From Hydrurus foetidus (taxonomy: Eukaryota): 53,517 bases of DNA. This document shows, piece after piece, positions 10,898-21,996 of the stretch. Each line of letters starts with the position of its first letter. Position 1 is the stretch's first letter. Where the stretch lies: contig UYFQ01000729.1 of the NCBI GenBank assembly GCA_900617105.1, positions 1-53,517 on the forward strand, given 5' to 3'. The notes under the pieces were generated by a model. It ran no database searches and had not been told where the DNA came from. It was given only the letters and a program-made list of their open reading frames with translations. Both the position numbers and the translations under genes were made by a program.

Positions 10898-12700
10898 TTA
10901 ATTAAAAGAGGGAAGGAAGAGATGGGAAGGTGGGTTAGTGATTAAGCTCGCTCCCACTGTCTCCTTGATCTCTTTCCAAAACACAATGAAGTCCCCTTCG
11001 GAATTGAAAGGTCTGTCCGGTCGACAGCATTCTACTAATTTCTGAGCCTTCGAGTCATTCTCCAGCATTAGATCCCGAACCCCTCCCAGTCCAATACCCA
11101 CGAGGATGTCTGCTACTGCTAGGCCTGATTCGGCCATACGCGATAATTGATCGCATCGATAGTTGGCTTCTCCCCCAATGTGGGTTGCCTCCTTTGCCTC
11201 AATGCCATGCGACACGCATAGCAGGGTAAAGACCATGGCGGCGTTGGTAACCACCTTGCCTCTGGGTCTCTCAGTTCTTGCCCAAGTAAGAGCAGACAAA
11301 CTGTCGCCCTGCAACTCGATGTCCTCATTGCTGACCCTGAGCTTCAACAGACCTAGGATGCCTACAATAGCCCCGACGTACTCTGCCGTGTTCTGAAACG
11401 AAGAGTCGTTGCCAAACTCTAACTTTCTCAAGTCCATCGCTGTGGCCGCCACACATACCTCCACTGCGTTGACCCTCTGATATATCAGAACTCCGGCGCC
11501 TGTTAACGAGGCGTCGAATTCAACAACATATTGCGCTAGTCGCTTGTCGAAGGACTCTAGTGACCTAGTGAATTTCGCCTCGTCATACCCAACAAGGAAG
11601 AGCATTGCTCTCCAGCAGCGGATAGCACACTTTGCTTCTTCCGAGAGTAAGAAAGTAGCGTGCCGATCGCGCCGTCCTACCGTTGCTCTATTGAGAGCAC
11701 CGCAAAAGGGTCTCATCAACCGGCAGATTCGACCATAGCGACTACCCCATGACGCCAGTTTCTGCATTGTCTTAAGTTTCATTGGCCCGTAAAGGTCCAC
11801 GGAAAGGTAGCCGTGTATGGCTGATAGGAAATTTTTCCTAGCGATTGAGACCCTCATAGTGTCAAGGTCGACGACATATCCTATAATCTCCAACCGAGTG
11901 TCGGTTTCAGTTTTCTCAACGGCAACCGCAGTAGGCCCGAGTAAACTTGTGCAGATCCTCGCCGCTTCTACTATATCAGACTCGACATCCTCGGCGAAGC
12001 ATACTCCAATTATGTCATCCACGTACATTTCTGTATCGCTCTTAAGTCGTGACTTGAATTCCCACTTCAAAGCCCTTGTAACAACTTGGAAAGCTGCTGG
12101 AGTCGATGACCAGCCGAATATTCCACAGATTTGGAGATAGATAATGTCATCTGTGAGCTCCATGCCAAAGAGTCCAGCGTCTTCAGGCCGGAAGGACAGC
12201 AGTGTGTAGGCCCCTCGAAGATCTATTTTCCAGAGTCGAAGACGTTTCCAATTTTCTCTTGTCTTCGGCTCGATGCTCTGCTCCCAGAAGCGGAGGATCA
12301 TTTTAATGATGACCTCGATAGTCGGATGAATGATTGCACCATAGTATAGTTCCGAAGCCGCTGTTGTCTCTTCTGAATTGAGTGCGACTCCTTCGACAAA
12401 CGTGAGATCACCTATTGGTCGCCCCGACTTCTTTCCTTTCTTAGGCGTCCAGTGAGCGGTACACAGGTGAAGGTTTGGAATCGTTTGGACAGCTAGGGCC
12501 TTGGGTAGAAGAAATCCAAGTTTTTCTGCTACAGTGCTTGCTATCATCTTATTGACAGCCCCTGCAACCTTGAGATAGGATGGTCGCAGTGGTGCCAGCG
12601 GTAATTTGCCGTTAGGGACAAAACCTTCTGGTCGGGGTACTCGCATCCCCTCTGCTAGGTCCAGTAATAGGTTCCGTTCCGGGTTATCTGATAGAAGCAA
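10898..12700 (-). CDS. DIRS-type reverse transcriptase and RNase H (N-terminal part continues via frameshifts to about 13337)
   Basis: KIDLRGAY, FGWSSTPAAF and YVDD (RT); EFDASLTG, NTAE, QGDS and HIGGEANYRCDQLSR (RNase H). ORFs 12655-12960 and 12897-13337 overlap upstream in other frames. Confidence 0.93.
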   Translation of the reverse strand: MLLSDNPERNLLLDLAEGMRVPRPEGFVPNGKLPLAPLRPSYLKVAGAVNKMIASTVAEKLGFLLPKALAVQTIPNLHLCTAHWTPKKGKKSGRPIGDLTFVEGVALNSEETTAASELYYGAIIHPTIEVIIKMILRFWEQSIEPKTRENWKRLRLWKIDLRGAYTLLSFRPEDAGLFGMELTDDIIYLQICGIFGWSSTPAAFQVVTRALKWEFKSRLKSDTEMYVDDIIGVCFAEDVESDIVEAARICTSLLGPTAVAVEKTETDTRLEIIGYVVDLDTMRVSIARKNFLSAIHGYLSVDLYGPMKLKTMQKLASWGSRYGRICRLMRPFCGALNRATVGRRDRHATFLLSEEAKCAIRCWRAMLFLVGYDEAKFTRSLESFDKRLAQYVVEFDASLTGAGVLIYQRVNAVEVCVAATAMDLRKLEFGNDSSFQNTAEYVGAIVGILGLLKLRVSNEDIELQGDSLSALTWARTERPRGKVVTNAAMVFTLLCVSHGIEAKEATHIGGEANYRCDQLSRMAESGLAVADILVGIGLGGVRDLMLENDSKAQKLVECCRPDRPFNSEGDFIVFWKEIKETVGASLITNPPSHLFLPSFN

Positions 12701-13054
12701 ATTGATCCTCGCTGGATTGAGGCGATTTTCTTTGAGAGACTTAGTCGTCTTCTCACCATGGTCTCAAAATCCAGCTGGGCCGCACGAAAGCAGCGGAGGT
12801 TGCTATCCAGAACGTCTTGTGAGAACTTAAAACCATTTGCCCATTCATTAGCTTCAGCTACTCCATAATTAGTACCAGCTGCCTCCACTGCCTCTGCTAT
12901 AGTATTCTGAAGTGTTTCTCGGGAGGAGCTTCCCCATCTAAGAAATAAGCTGCCGCGCATCTCATGATTTCTATTTGCATATCCAAGTCCTTATCATCCA
13001 AGGTTGTTGTCGTTGCTGTTCTGCACCGTGCGGTTGAATGTCTTACTTCCAACG

Positions 13055-13270
13055 CCTCTGATATGACCTTATTATCCCCTGCAACTGATGGTCTTGCCAT
13101 CGCTGCCTCTGATCTGCCCTCATTACCCCTCGCAACTGATGGTCTTACCATCGCTGCCTCTGACCTGCCCTCATTATCCCCTGCAACTGATGGTCTTGCC
13201 ATCGCTGCCTCCGATCTGTCCCCGTAGCCCCCTGCAGTTGGTGGTCTAGCCGTTGCTGCCTCTGACCTGT
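13055..13270 (-). repeat. 51-bp (17-codon) tandem repeat, about 4 copies, in the pol N-terminal region
   Basis: RSEAATARPPTAGGYGD / RSEAAMARPSVAGDNEG / RSEAAMVRPSVARGNEG / RSEAAMARPSVAGDNKV. Confidence 0.9.
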
Positions 13271-13424
13271 TCTCTTCATTTCTTGCAGCTGACGGAGACG
13301 TCGTCAATGCTATTGCGCTATCCTCTATGTCTTCCATGGTAACCTCTCGTAAGATGATCTTATTTCCCCCTGGGTCCCAAACTCTTCCTTGTGGCAGCCT
13401 CCTCAGAGTAGTGCCACCCTCATC

Positions 13425-14966
13425 CTACTTCTTCATTTTGTCGAGGTGCGCTAACGCTATGTCTCGTAGAGCGTCCGGTAGTCTACCAATGGTTGCCCGC
13501 ACCGTAATATCCGATAACTTTGAAAGGAGCAGGTGCCGCTTTGGGCATTCTTTTCCCTTTGAGCATATTACCCGATTGCCCTTTCCTGTGACGACCTTGA
13601 GTTGCTTGAGGATATGGTAAGAACAGATGCTCTCCGGTGTTGCCTTAGCTGCTTCAACCTTTCCCGTGCGAATAGTGGGCACGAGCTTCAAAGTCGGTTT
13701 GATGTACGTCCTAAAGTGAAGGTCTTGCCGGACCACATTGTCCCCCGCGAGGCTCGCCACGGTTGCTGCCAGCATTGATGTCAGTAGTGCTGCACACCCC
13801 GCTGGACTCGACAGCACGATATCAGGGAATGCGGCCGAGCGACTCTCACTTCGAATGGTCTTGCCCCACCTGCCCAAGCAGATGTCTATACTGTGTTGGA
13901 GTAGGTCGTCGGGCACGAGCTTCATGGGGTCGGAGGACCCGGTTAATGTCTCCTTGAGTGGTGTCATACACCCCGCAAATGCTGGGGAGTAGAAGACCCT
14001 CATCGCAATCGAAAGCATGTCTATGCTGTCCGATATCTTCCTGCGACCTTTGAGTGTCGGCGTTTCTGTCAGTGCAGGTCCTCCAGCTCCGAACACTTGC
14101 AGGCCAAGGTCCCCGTCGACGCCGAACTTGGCCTGCACGAAGGACAACACCGCTGCCTTGTCCTTTGCGATGGCGAGGTCGGCAATGTGCAAGATGAGTG
14201 GTGCATCCTGGTAGCATCCTGTTGTATCCAAGCTCGGGTCCAAAGCTGCCGCCCAGATAGACTGAAGGTATTCGCTTGCTTGAAGCACATGGCCCCTGCC
14301 TGCTATGTCCAGTTCCCTCCCCTGTGTGAGCCGCCAGACCGGTCCGAGCTCCACCTCTCTCTTCGCTGATTTTGCCATATCTCGACAACTCCTTCTACCC
14401 CCATCAAGATCCTCCAGATACGTTTTCACTGTCGCCTCACCTGTAACTGTTGGCGCCGGCACCCCAACCTCGTCCTGCAGCGCCTCCCTTGAACGCTTCC
14501 CTGATCCCGTGGCCGGCCCCATCATCGCATTGGCCGTTGCTAGCCAGTCCCCAGTAGCAATCAAGAACATTCCCGGAGTTGGTAGCTTGACTAAGCAGCC
14601 TACTGCCAGAGGAATATCTTGCGGTTCCCCGCTGTAGCCGATGAATGAGGCATATGTAAAATGTTGGCCCGGAGCTCCACGCAATAGAAAAAAGGCGTGA
14701 TCGGAGCTTCCAATATAATCAAAGTTGATGGCTTCTCCAGTGTTGGGAAGCCTCAATGGAAGAAAGAATACTGATGCCGTCGTTGGCGACTTTAATAAAG
14801 CAACGTTGTAAAGTTGAAGGCGCTCGTAATCCGCGGTTGACTCCAGTATCAGTACGCTAGCCATTGCAGACGTCTCCAGTAGTATCCCGTCGATGGCCAA
14901 ATAGTTCGGCAGAAGACTGGCGAACAACGAGGTAGTGTTCTGCTCTGTAGTAGCTGGAGATGCCAT
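13425..14966 (-). CDS. gag-like ORF1 of the YR retrotransposon (about 513 aa)
   Basis: First ATG (MASPATTEQ) just inside repeat A1; C-terminal Cys/His cluster CSYH...CSKGKECPKRH; position upstream of RT. Confidence 0.8.
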   Translation of the reverse strand: MASPATTEQNTTSLFASLLPNYLAIDGILLETSAMASVLILESTADYERLQLYNVALLKSPTTASVFFLPLRLPNTGEAINFDYIGSSDHAFFLLRGAPGQHFTYASFIGYSGEPQDIPLAVGCLVKLPTPGMFLIATGDWLATANAMMGPATGSGKRSREALQDEVGVPAPTVTGEATVKTYLEDLDGGRRSCRDMAKSAKREVELGPVWRLTQGRELDIAGRGHVLQASEYLQSIWAAALDPSLDTTGCYQDAPLILHIADLAIAKDKAAVLSFVQAKFGVDGDLGLQVFGAGGPALTETPTLKGRRKISDSIDMLSIAMRVFYSPAFAGCMTPLKETLTGSSDPMKLVPDDLLQHSIDICLGRWGKTIRSESRSAAFPDIVLSSPAGCAALLTSMLAATVASLAGDNVVRQDLHFRTYIKPTLKLVPTIRTGKVEAAKATPESICSYHILKQLKVVTGKGNRVICSKGKECPKRHLLLSKLSDITVRATIGRLPDALRDIALAHLDKMKK

Positions 14967-15011
14967 AGTATAGAGCGGTATATCGTGCTGGATACTTGAT
15001 GAGTATCGTGC

Positions 15012-15063
15012 TAAAAAACGTTCCGAACGGATGTATGAGTGCTGAGAAAACTCAATTCTAAAA
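15012..15063 (-). repeat. Split direct repeat A1 (possibly 5'-truncated)
   Basis: Matches 9201-9252 and abuts the second hAT array through a short filler, ctcaaaa. Confidence 0.9.
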
Positions 15064-15070
15064 CTCAAAA

Positions 15071-18000
15071 CAAGTGGTCGCACATCGTGAAAGTCGACCA
15101 CCATCTTGTCGAGATGTCCTGCAAAATATTGAGAGGGCGAGCTCGATGAGCTTGCTTCTCTTTGAGTTTCCTGCGTAGAGTTCAGAGAGGGTAAAAATTG
15201 GTGAAGGAGACGGAAATGATAGATTCGGACCTGCGTTCGCTGTGAGCAGTACTCGCAACTAAGAACCATCGTCTTAACCGATAGGTCGTCATACCTTGCT
15301 GCCTGCGATGAGTGCGCAAAGTAACCAACTAAACTGCGACAAGCTTTCATTGCACCTTCAGCACCAGGTAAGTTTTCGTCGCTAAATCCAATTCCTGAGG
15401 TAAGCTCCAAGTTATGGGCTGCACAATAAATGAGAGGACAGGGGTAGTGACGCCCAGCAGCTGTCATATTTGCAGCTGTATCCGAAACTACTGCAACTAT
15501 ATGATCTGAAGTCAAATTGAAGACTTCCCAAGCCTCTTTGAGCAATTTTGCAGTTAGTACACCAGTTGTTTCTCCAGTGTGAGGATCGCAACTTAAAGTC
15601 ATCGACCTCAGCACCCATCCTTCATCAATGTAGTGAATGGTAGAAGCCATGTATGTCTCATTGGAACATGAAGTCCAGTGATCTGTGGTCAATGCAAAAT
15701 ATTGTCCAACCAGAAATTCTTTCATAGCTTCCATCACTTGATCCTTCACTTTCAACATTTCCTTCGAAACTGTCGCGGCAGATATAGAATTGCTGGTTCG
15801 GGAACTCCACGCATTGCACATTCTTCTGAAATAGGGATTGTCGCACGTCGAAATGGGTTGAAATTTCTCGACAATCCATCTGATGTATTCTTTCATGAAA
15901 TCCCCTCCGTAAACGACAAAAGCCTCTAGCGTCCCCACTGCCCTCCTTTTTTTCGCCGCCTCCTTCGATTGATAGTTGTCGTAAACGTCCCGATGTTGGT
16001 GAAATATGTGGTTACTCAGCTTGCTGGTGCTCTTTGACTGTCCGTAATTAACTTCTATCGAACAGATGTTGCATATAGGATATTTGTCTTTCGCATCAGT
16101 TGAAAAATACTCCCAAACCCACGAAGATTTAATAAATACTTTCTCTACTACAGTTGAGACAACTGGCGCAATGCTTGACGCAGTTGCCGACGCACTGCTC
16201 GACACTGTTGAAGAAGCACTACTTGAGGCAGCGCTTCCTATAGAATTCATAAAACTCATCATCCTGTCCAGTAATGAAGTGCAGATGATTTTGAGTCCAA
16301 TATAGGTTGTTAGATCATGCAATGACGCTCGAGATATCAGCAACAGGACACGTTGCATCATATCAAAGTACAATCTCAGGACCAACAAGCGGTCGCACAT
16401 CGTGAAAGTCGACCACCATCTTGTCGAGATGTCCTGCAAAATATTGAGAGGGCGAGCTCGATGAGCTTGCTTCTCTTTGAGTTTCCTGCGTAGAGTTCAG
16501 AGAGGGTAAAAATTGGTGAAGGAGACGGAAATGATAGATTCGGACCTGCGTTCGCTGTGAGCAGTACTCGCAACTAAGAACCATCGTCTTAACCGATAGG
16601 TCGTCATACCTTGCTGCCTGCGATGAGTACGCAAAGTAACCAACTAAACTGCGACAAGCTTTCATTGCACCTTCAGCACCAGGTAAGTTTTCGTCGCTAA
16701 ATCCAATTCCTGAGGTAAGCTCCAAGTTATGGGCTGCACAATAAATGAGAGGACAGGGGTAGTGACGCCCAGCAGCTGTCATATTTGCAGCTGTATCCGA
16801 AACTACTGCAACTATATGATCTGAAGTCAAATTGAAGACTTCCCAAGCCTCTTTGAGCAATTTTGCAGTTAGTACACCAGTTGTTTCTCCAGTGTGAGGA
16901 TCGCAACTTAAAGTCATCGACCTCAGCACCCATCCTTCATCAATGTAGTGAATGGTAGAAGCCATGTATGTCTCATTGGAACATGAAGTCCAGTGATCTG
17001 TGGTCAATGCAAAATATTGTCCAACCAGAAATTCTTTCATAGCTTCCATCACTTGATCCTTCACTTTCAACATTTCCTTTCCCTCCGTAAACGACAAAAG
17101 CCTCTAGCGTCCCCACTGCCCTCCTTTTTTTCGCCGCCTCCTTCGATTGATAGTTGTCGTAAACGTCCCGATGTTGGTGAAATATGTGGTTACTCAGCTT
17201 GCTGGTGCTCTTTGACTGTCCGTAATTAACTTCTATCGAACAGATGTTGCATATAGGATATTTGTCTTTCGCATCAGTTGAAAAATACTCCCAAACCCAC
17301 GAAGATTTAATAAATACTTTCTCTACTACAGTTGAGACAACTGGCGCAATGCTTGACGCAGTTGCCGACGCACTGCTCGACACTGTTGAAGACGCACTAC
17401 TTGAGGCAGCGCTTCCTATAGAATTCATAAAACTCATCATCCTGTCCAGTAATGAAGTGCAGATGATTTTGAGTCCAATATAGGTTGTTAGATCATGCAA
17501 TGACGCTCGAGATATCAGCAACAGGACACGTTGCATCATATCAAAGTACAATCTCAGGACCAACAAGCGGTCGCACATCGTGAAAGTCGACCACCATCTT
17601 GTCGAGATGTCCTGCAAAATATTGAGAGGGCGAGCTCGATGAGCTTGCTTCTCTTTGAGTTTCCTGCGTAGAGTTCAGAGAGGGTAAAAATTGGTGAAGG
17701 AGACGGAAATGATAGATTCGGACCTGCGTTCGCTGTGAGCAGTACTCGCAACTAAGAACCATCGTCTTAACCGATAGGTCGTCATACCTTGCTGCCTGCG
17801 ATGAGTGCGCAAAGTAACCAACTAAACTGCGACAAGCTTTCATTGCACCTTCAGCACCAGGTAAGTTTTCGTCGCTAAATCCAATTCCTGAGGTAAGCTC
17901 CAAGTTATGGGCTGCACAATAAATGAGAGGACAGGGGTAGTGACGCCCAGCAGCTGTCATATTTGCAGCTGTATCCGAAACTACTGCAACTATATGATCT

Positions 18001-20163
18001 GAAGTCAAATTGAAGACTTCCCAAGCCTCTTTGAGCAATTTTGCAGTTAGTACACCAGTTGTTTCTCCAGTGTGAGGATCGCAACTTAAAGTCATCGACC
18101 TCAGCACCCATCCTTCATCAATGTAGTGAATGGTAGAAGCCATGTATGTCTCATTGGAACATGAAGTCCAGTGATCTGTGGTCAATGCAAAATATTGTCC
18201 AACCAGAAATTCTTTCATAGCTTCCATCACTTGATCCTTCACTTTCAACATTTCCTTCGAAACTGTCGCGGCAGATATAGAATTGCTGGTTCGGGAACTC
18301 CACGCATTGCACATTCTTCTGAAATAGGGATTGTCGCACGTCGAAATGGGTTGAAATTTCTCGACAATCCATCTGATGTATTCTTTCATGAAATCCCCTC
18401 CGTAAACGACAAAAGCCTCTAGCGTCCCCACTGCCCTCCTTTTTTTCGCCGCCTCCTTCGATTGATAGTTGTCGTAAACGTCCCGATGTTGGTGAAATAT
18501 GTGGTTACTCAGCTTGCTGGTGCTCTTTGACTGTCCGTAATTAACTTCTATCGAACAGATGTTGCATATAGGATATTTGTCTTTCGCATCAGTTGAAAAA
18601 TACTCCCAAACCCACGAAGATTTAATAAATACTTTCTCTACTACAGTTGAGACAACTGGCGCAATGCTTGACGCAGTTGCCGACGCACTGCTCGACACTG
18701 TTGAAGAAGCACTACTTGAGGCAGCGCTTCCTATAGAATTCATAAAACTCATCATCCTGTCCAGTAATGAAGTGCAGATGATTTTGAGTCCAATATAGGT
18801 TGTTAGATCATGCAATGACGCTCGAGATATCAGCAACAGGACACGTTGCATCATATCAAAGTACAATCTCAGGACCAACAAGCGGTCGCACATCGTGAAA
18901 GTCGACCACCATCTTGTCGAGATGTCCTGCAAAATATTGAGAGGGCGAGCTCGATGAGCTTGCTTCTCTTTGAGTTTCCTGCGTAGAGTTCAGAGAGGGT
19001 AAAAATTGGTGAAGGAGACGGAAATGATAGATTCGGACCTGCGTTCGCTGTGAGCAGTACTCGCAACTAAGAACCATCGTCTTAACCGATAGGTCGTCAT
19101 ACCTTGCTGCCTGCGATGAGTACGCAAAGTAACCAACTAAACTGCGACAAGCTTTCATTGCACCTTCAGCACCAGGTAAGTTTTCGTCGCTAAATCCAAT
19201 TCCTGAGGTAAGCTCCAAGTTATGGGCTGCACAATAAATGAGAGGACAGGGGTAGTGACGCCCAGCAGCTGTCATATTTGCAGCTGTATCCGAAACTACT
19301 GCAACTATATGATCTGAAGTCAAATTGAAGACTTCCCAAGCCTCTTTGAGCAATTTTGCAGTTAGTACACCAGTTGTTTCTCCAGTGTGAGGATCGCAAC
19401 TTAAAGTCATCGACCTCAGCACCCATCCTTCATCAATGTAGTGAATGGTAGAAGCCATGTATGTCTCATTGGAACATGAAGTCCAGTGATCTGTGGTCAA
19501 TGCAAAATATTGTCCAACCAGAAATTCTTTCATAGCTTCCATCACTTGATCCTTCACTTTCAACATTTCCTTCGAAACTGTCGCGGCAGATATAGAATTG
19601 CTGGTTCGGGAACTCCACGCATTGCACATTCTTCTGAAATAGGGATTGTCGCACGTCGAAATGGGTTGAAATTTCTCGACAATCCATCTGATGTATTCTT
19701 TCATGAAATCCCCTCCGTAAACGACAAAAGCCTCTAGCGTCCCCACTGCCCTCCTTTTTTTCGCCGCCTCCTTCGATTGATAGTTGTCGTAAACGTCCCG
19801 ATGTTGGTGAAATATGTGGTTACTCAGCTTGCTGGTGCTCTTTGACTGTCCGTAATTAACTTCTATCGAACAGATGTTGCATATAGGATATTTGTCTTTC
19901 GCATCAGTTGAAAAATACTCCCAAACCCACGAAGATTTAATAAATACTTTCTCTACTACAGTTGAGACAACTGGCGCAATGCTTGACGCAGTTGCCGACG
20001 CACTGCTCGACACTGTTGAAGACGCACTACTTGAGGCAGCGCTTCCTATAGAATTCATAAAACTCATCATCCTGTCCAGTAATGAAGTGCAGATGATTTT
20101 GAGTCCAATATAGGTTGTTAGATCATGCAATGACGCTCGAGATATCAGCAACAGGACACGTTG
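15071..20163 (-). repeat. Tandem array B: about 4 copies of the same hAT unit, one with a 137-bp deletion
   Basis: ORF ends at 16363, 17541 and 18856. The 16363-17541 spacing is 1178 (1315 minus 137), with the deletion junction near 17080. Confidence 0.97.
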
Positions 20164-20366
20164 TATTGTGATGACATGTTAGGTGGTGATTGGCCGGTCA
20201 TCAAAAAGATGGCCGGTCGGCCTGGCCGACCGGCCACGCCACCGGCCACAAGCTCTAATTAAAATGTCAGAAAAAAACGCCACCGTAGGGGACCAAGAAG
20301 TTACGACAACCGGAACAGAACCCCGAACCTGATCATGCAAACGGTCCGAGAGGTCACCCACGGCAG
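20164..20366 (-). repeat. Second copy of the hAT 5' terminus (ends 20257) plus 109 bp of flank, duplicate of 8767-8969
   Basis: Same sequence at offset 11397, with one visible SNP (ggaagaga vs ggaacaga). Confidence 0.95.
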
Positions 20367-20369
20367 GAG

Positions 20370-20648
20370 TGTTGTGATATCCGGATTAGACTAGGATCCT
20401 GTACCCTGCGTGATGTATGATTGTTTTCATGCACGGGTGTACGTACATTCAGCGATAGCATTGACCGCAACCCTCGCACTCATGTTATGCTAGCTAGATG
20501 TAATCGACAGCATGTCACTGTCGTTTAATCCAACTTACCGAATAGAACGTCTTCTTCTCTTTTGAGCAAGCGTTGCTAGCAGTCGGAAGTGCAGGGATCG
20601 TTTGGGAACTCGGAAGAAATTCCGTGTAAATCGCCCAGATTTCCAACA
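20370..20648 (+). repeat. 5' LTR of the Copia element
   Basis: Direct repeat of 26126-26404. Confidence 0.97.
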
Positions 20649-20659
20649 TAAACGACAGT
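20649..20659 (+). promoter_or_regulatory. Non-tRNA primer-binding site complementary to LTR positions 20517-20527
   Basis: TAAACGACAGT directly after the LTR end is the exact reverse complement of ACTGTCGTTTA in the LTR; there is no TGG start. Confidence 0.75.
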
Positions 20660-20703
20660 CATCCTTAGATAGATTAGCTAGAAGTTGCAAAAGCTTTGCA
20701 AGG

Positions 20704-21886
20704 ATGAGAGGACGAGGCGATGGGAGATTCCAGTCCCGTGGCGGGGGCAGGGGTCGATATGGTAGAGGGCAAGGAGAGCCTCATAAAACCATATCCAAAG
20801 GTAGGAAGCCCGAGGTAGGTGCTTACCTGGATTTGCCGCGAGGACAAGCGGCAGATCCAGAATCTGTGCTGAAATGGCTGGAATGTTTTCGAGTATATAT
20901 GTACAGTACTTATGAATCTACTATCAAAGAAATTATAGGTATCGACGGAATCCTGTACGACTACGTGGAGCAGGTGGAACCTGAAGATCCGCCGGAGGGA
21001 GCAGGACTTGTCGCGATAGAGAGATGGAAAACAGCACGTAAGAAATACGATGCTGCATCTGAATTACTCATAAAAGATTGTGTGCAAAACTATATGGTGT
21101 ATTGTTAGGTCAAATGTCAGAGGCCTCGATCACAAGGGTGAACGAGATGCCTGCTGGAAAGAGAGCTATGGAGGAATGTGATCCACTAGGTCTGTTGACA
21201 TGTGTGGTGGCAACACACATGAACAACAAAAGGTATGGAGAAACCTATAACATAATTACAGCAGTTAGAAACTTTTATAACAATAAAATGACTCAACACG
21301 AAGATCTAGCAGCTTACTATAGTAGGTGCCGGACTCTGCTATTTGTCAAGAGCGAAGCCTACAGGTTGGCAGACGAAGAAGCGCCAGAACACACAGATGA
21401 GTTCCATGCTGTCTTATTTATAACTGCATTGAATTCAAACTATTCAGAATATATTAATACGTTTAAAAATAAGGTTCGCCCATGGCCGCAGACCATGGGT
21501 GATGCCAACCAGGACGCGGCCAACTTCCTTATGGGAAGGCCCGTCCACGGAGGAGCTCCCCCGAACTCGGAGAAGCGAAACGTTTTCGCGGCCAGTCGGG
21601 GTGGGAGAGCGGGTTCCGGTGGGAGAGGCGGCAGAGGCCGCGGAGGCAGTCAGGGAGCTGAGAAGGGAGGGTACGATACCCCGGCAGCGAGAGTACAGCG
21701 AGGGCAGGCACTCCCTATAGGGATAGGGAGGCCACCCCGCAGAGAGAGAGAGGAGGTGCCGTACAGGAGTACGGTACCCGTTACGGAGCCTGTAACAACT
21801 GCGGAGAGGAGGGCCACTATGGGTACGAGTGTAAGAAGCCCCCGAAGAAGAACGCACCTGCGCGTCACCCTTCTTCGGAAAAGTAA
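20704..21886 (+). CDS. Copia gag (frameshifted near 21080 and 21700-21770)
   Basis: RGG-rich N-terminus, capsid-like region, and CCHC knuckle CNNCGERGHYGYEC from 21791 ending at TAA 21884-21886. Confidence 0.8.
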
Positions 21887-21996
21887 GTCACTTATATGTT
21901 CCTTTACCTGATTCACTAGCTAAGGATGTAAATGTTCCGTGTGGGGAAACCGGACTGCATGACGTATTTGCAACGTCGACCGGTTACCCTGCGTTT

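Larger units (their letters stand above)
8970..15063 (-). mobile_element. Tyrosine-recombinase retrotransposon (DIRS order, Ngaro/PAT-like, split direct repeats A1...B1-A2-B2)
   Basis: gag-like, RT/RNase H and YR ORFs in order on the minus strand. Repeat A (52 bp) at 15012-15063 and 9201-9252; repeat B at 9506-9672 and 8970-9128. No methyltransferase ORF and no TSD seen. Confidence 0.9.

Noticed and set aside
13425..16439. 1004-aa ORF appearing to fuse hAT transposase to the YR-element gag
   Set aside because: It exists only if the 124-nt hAT intron is retained. The spliced frame ends TMCDHLF* at the junction, and gag has its own ATG at 14966. Most likely a chance read-through.
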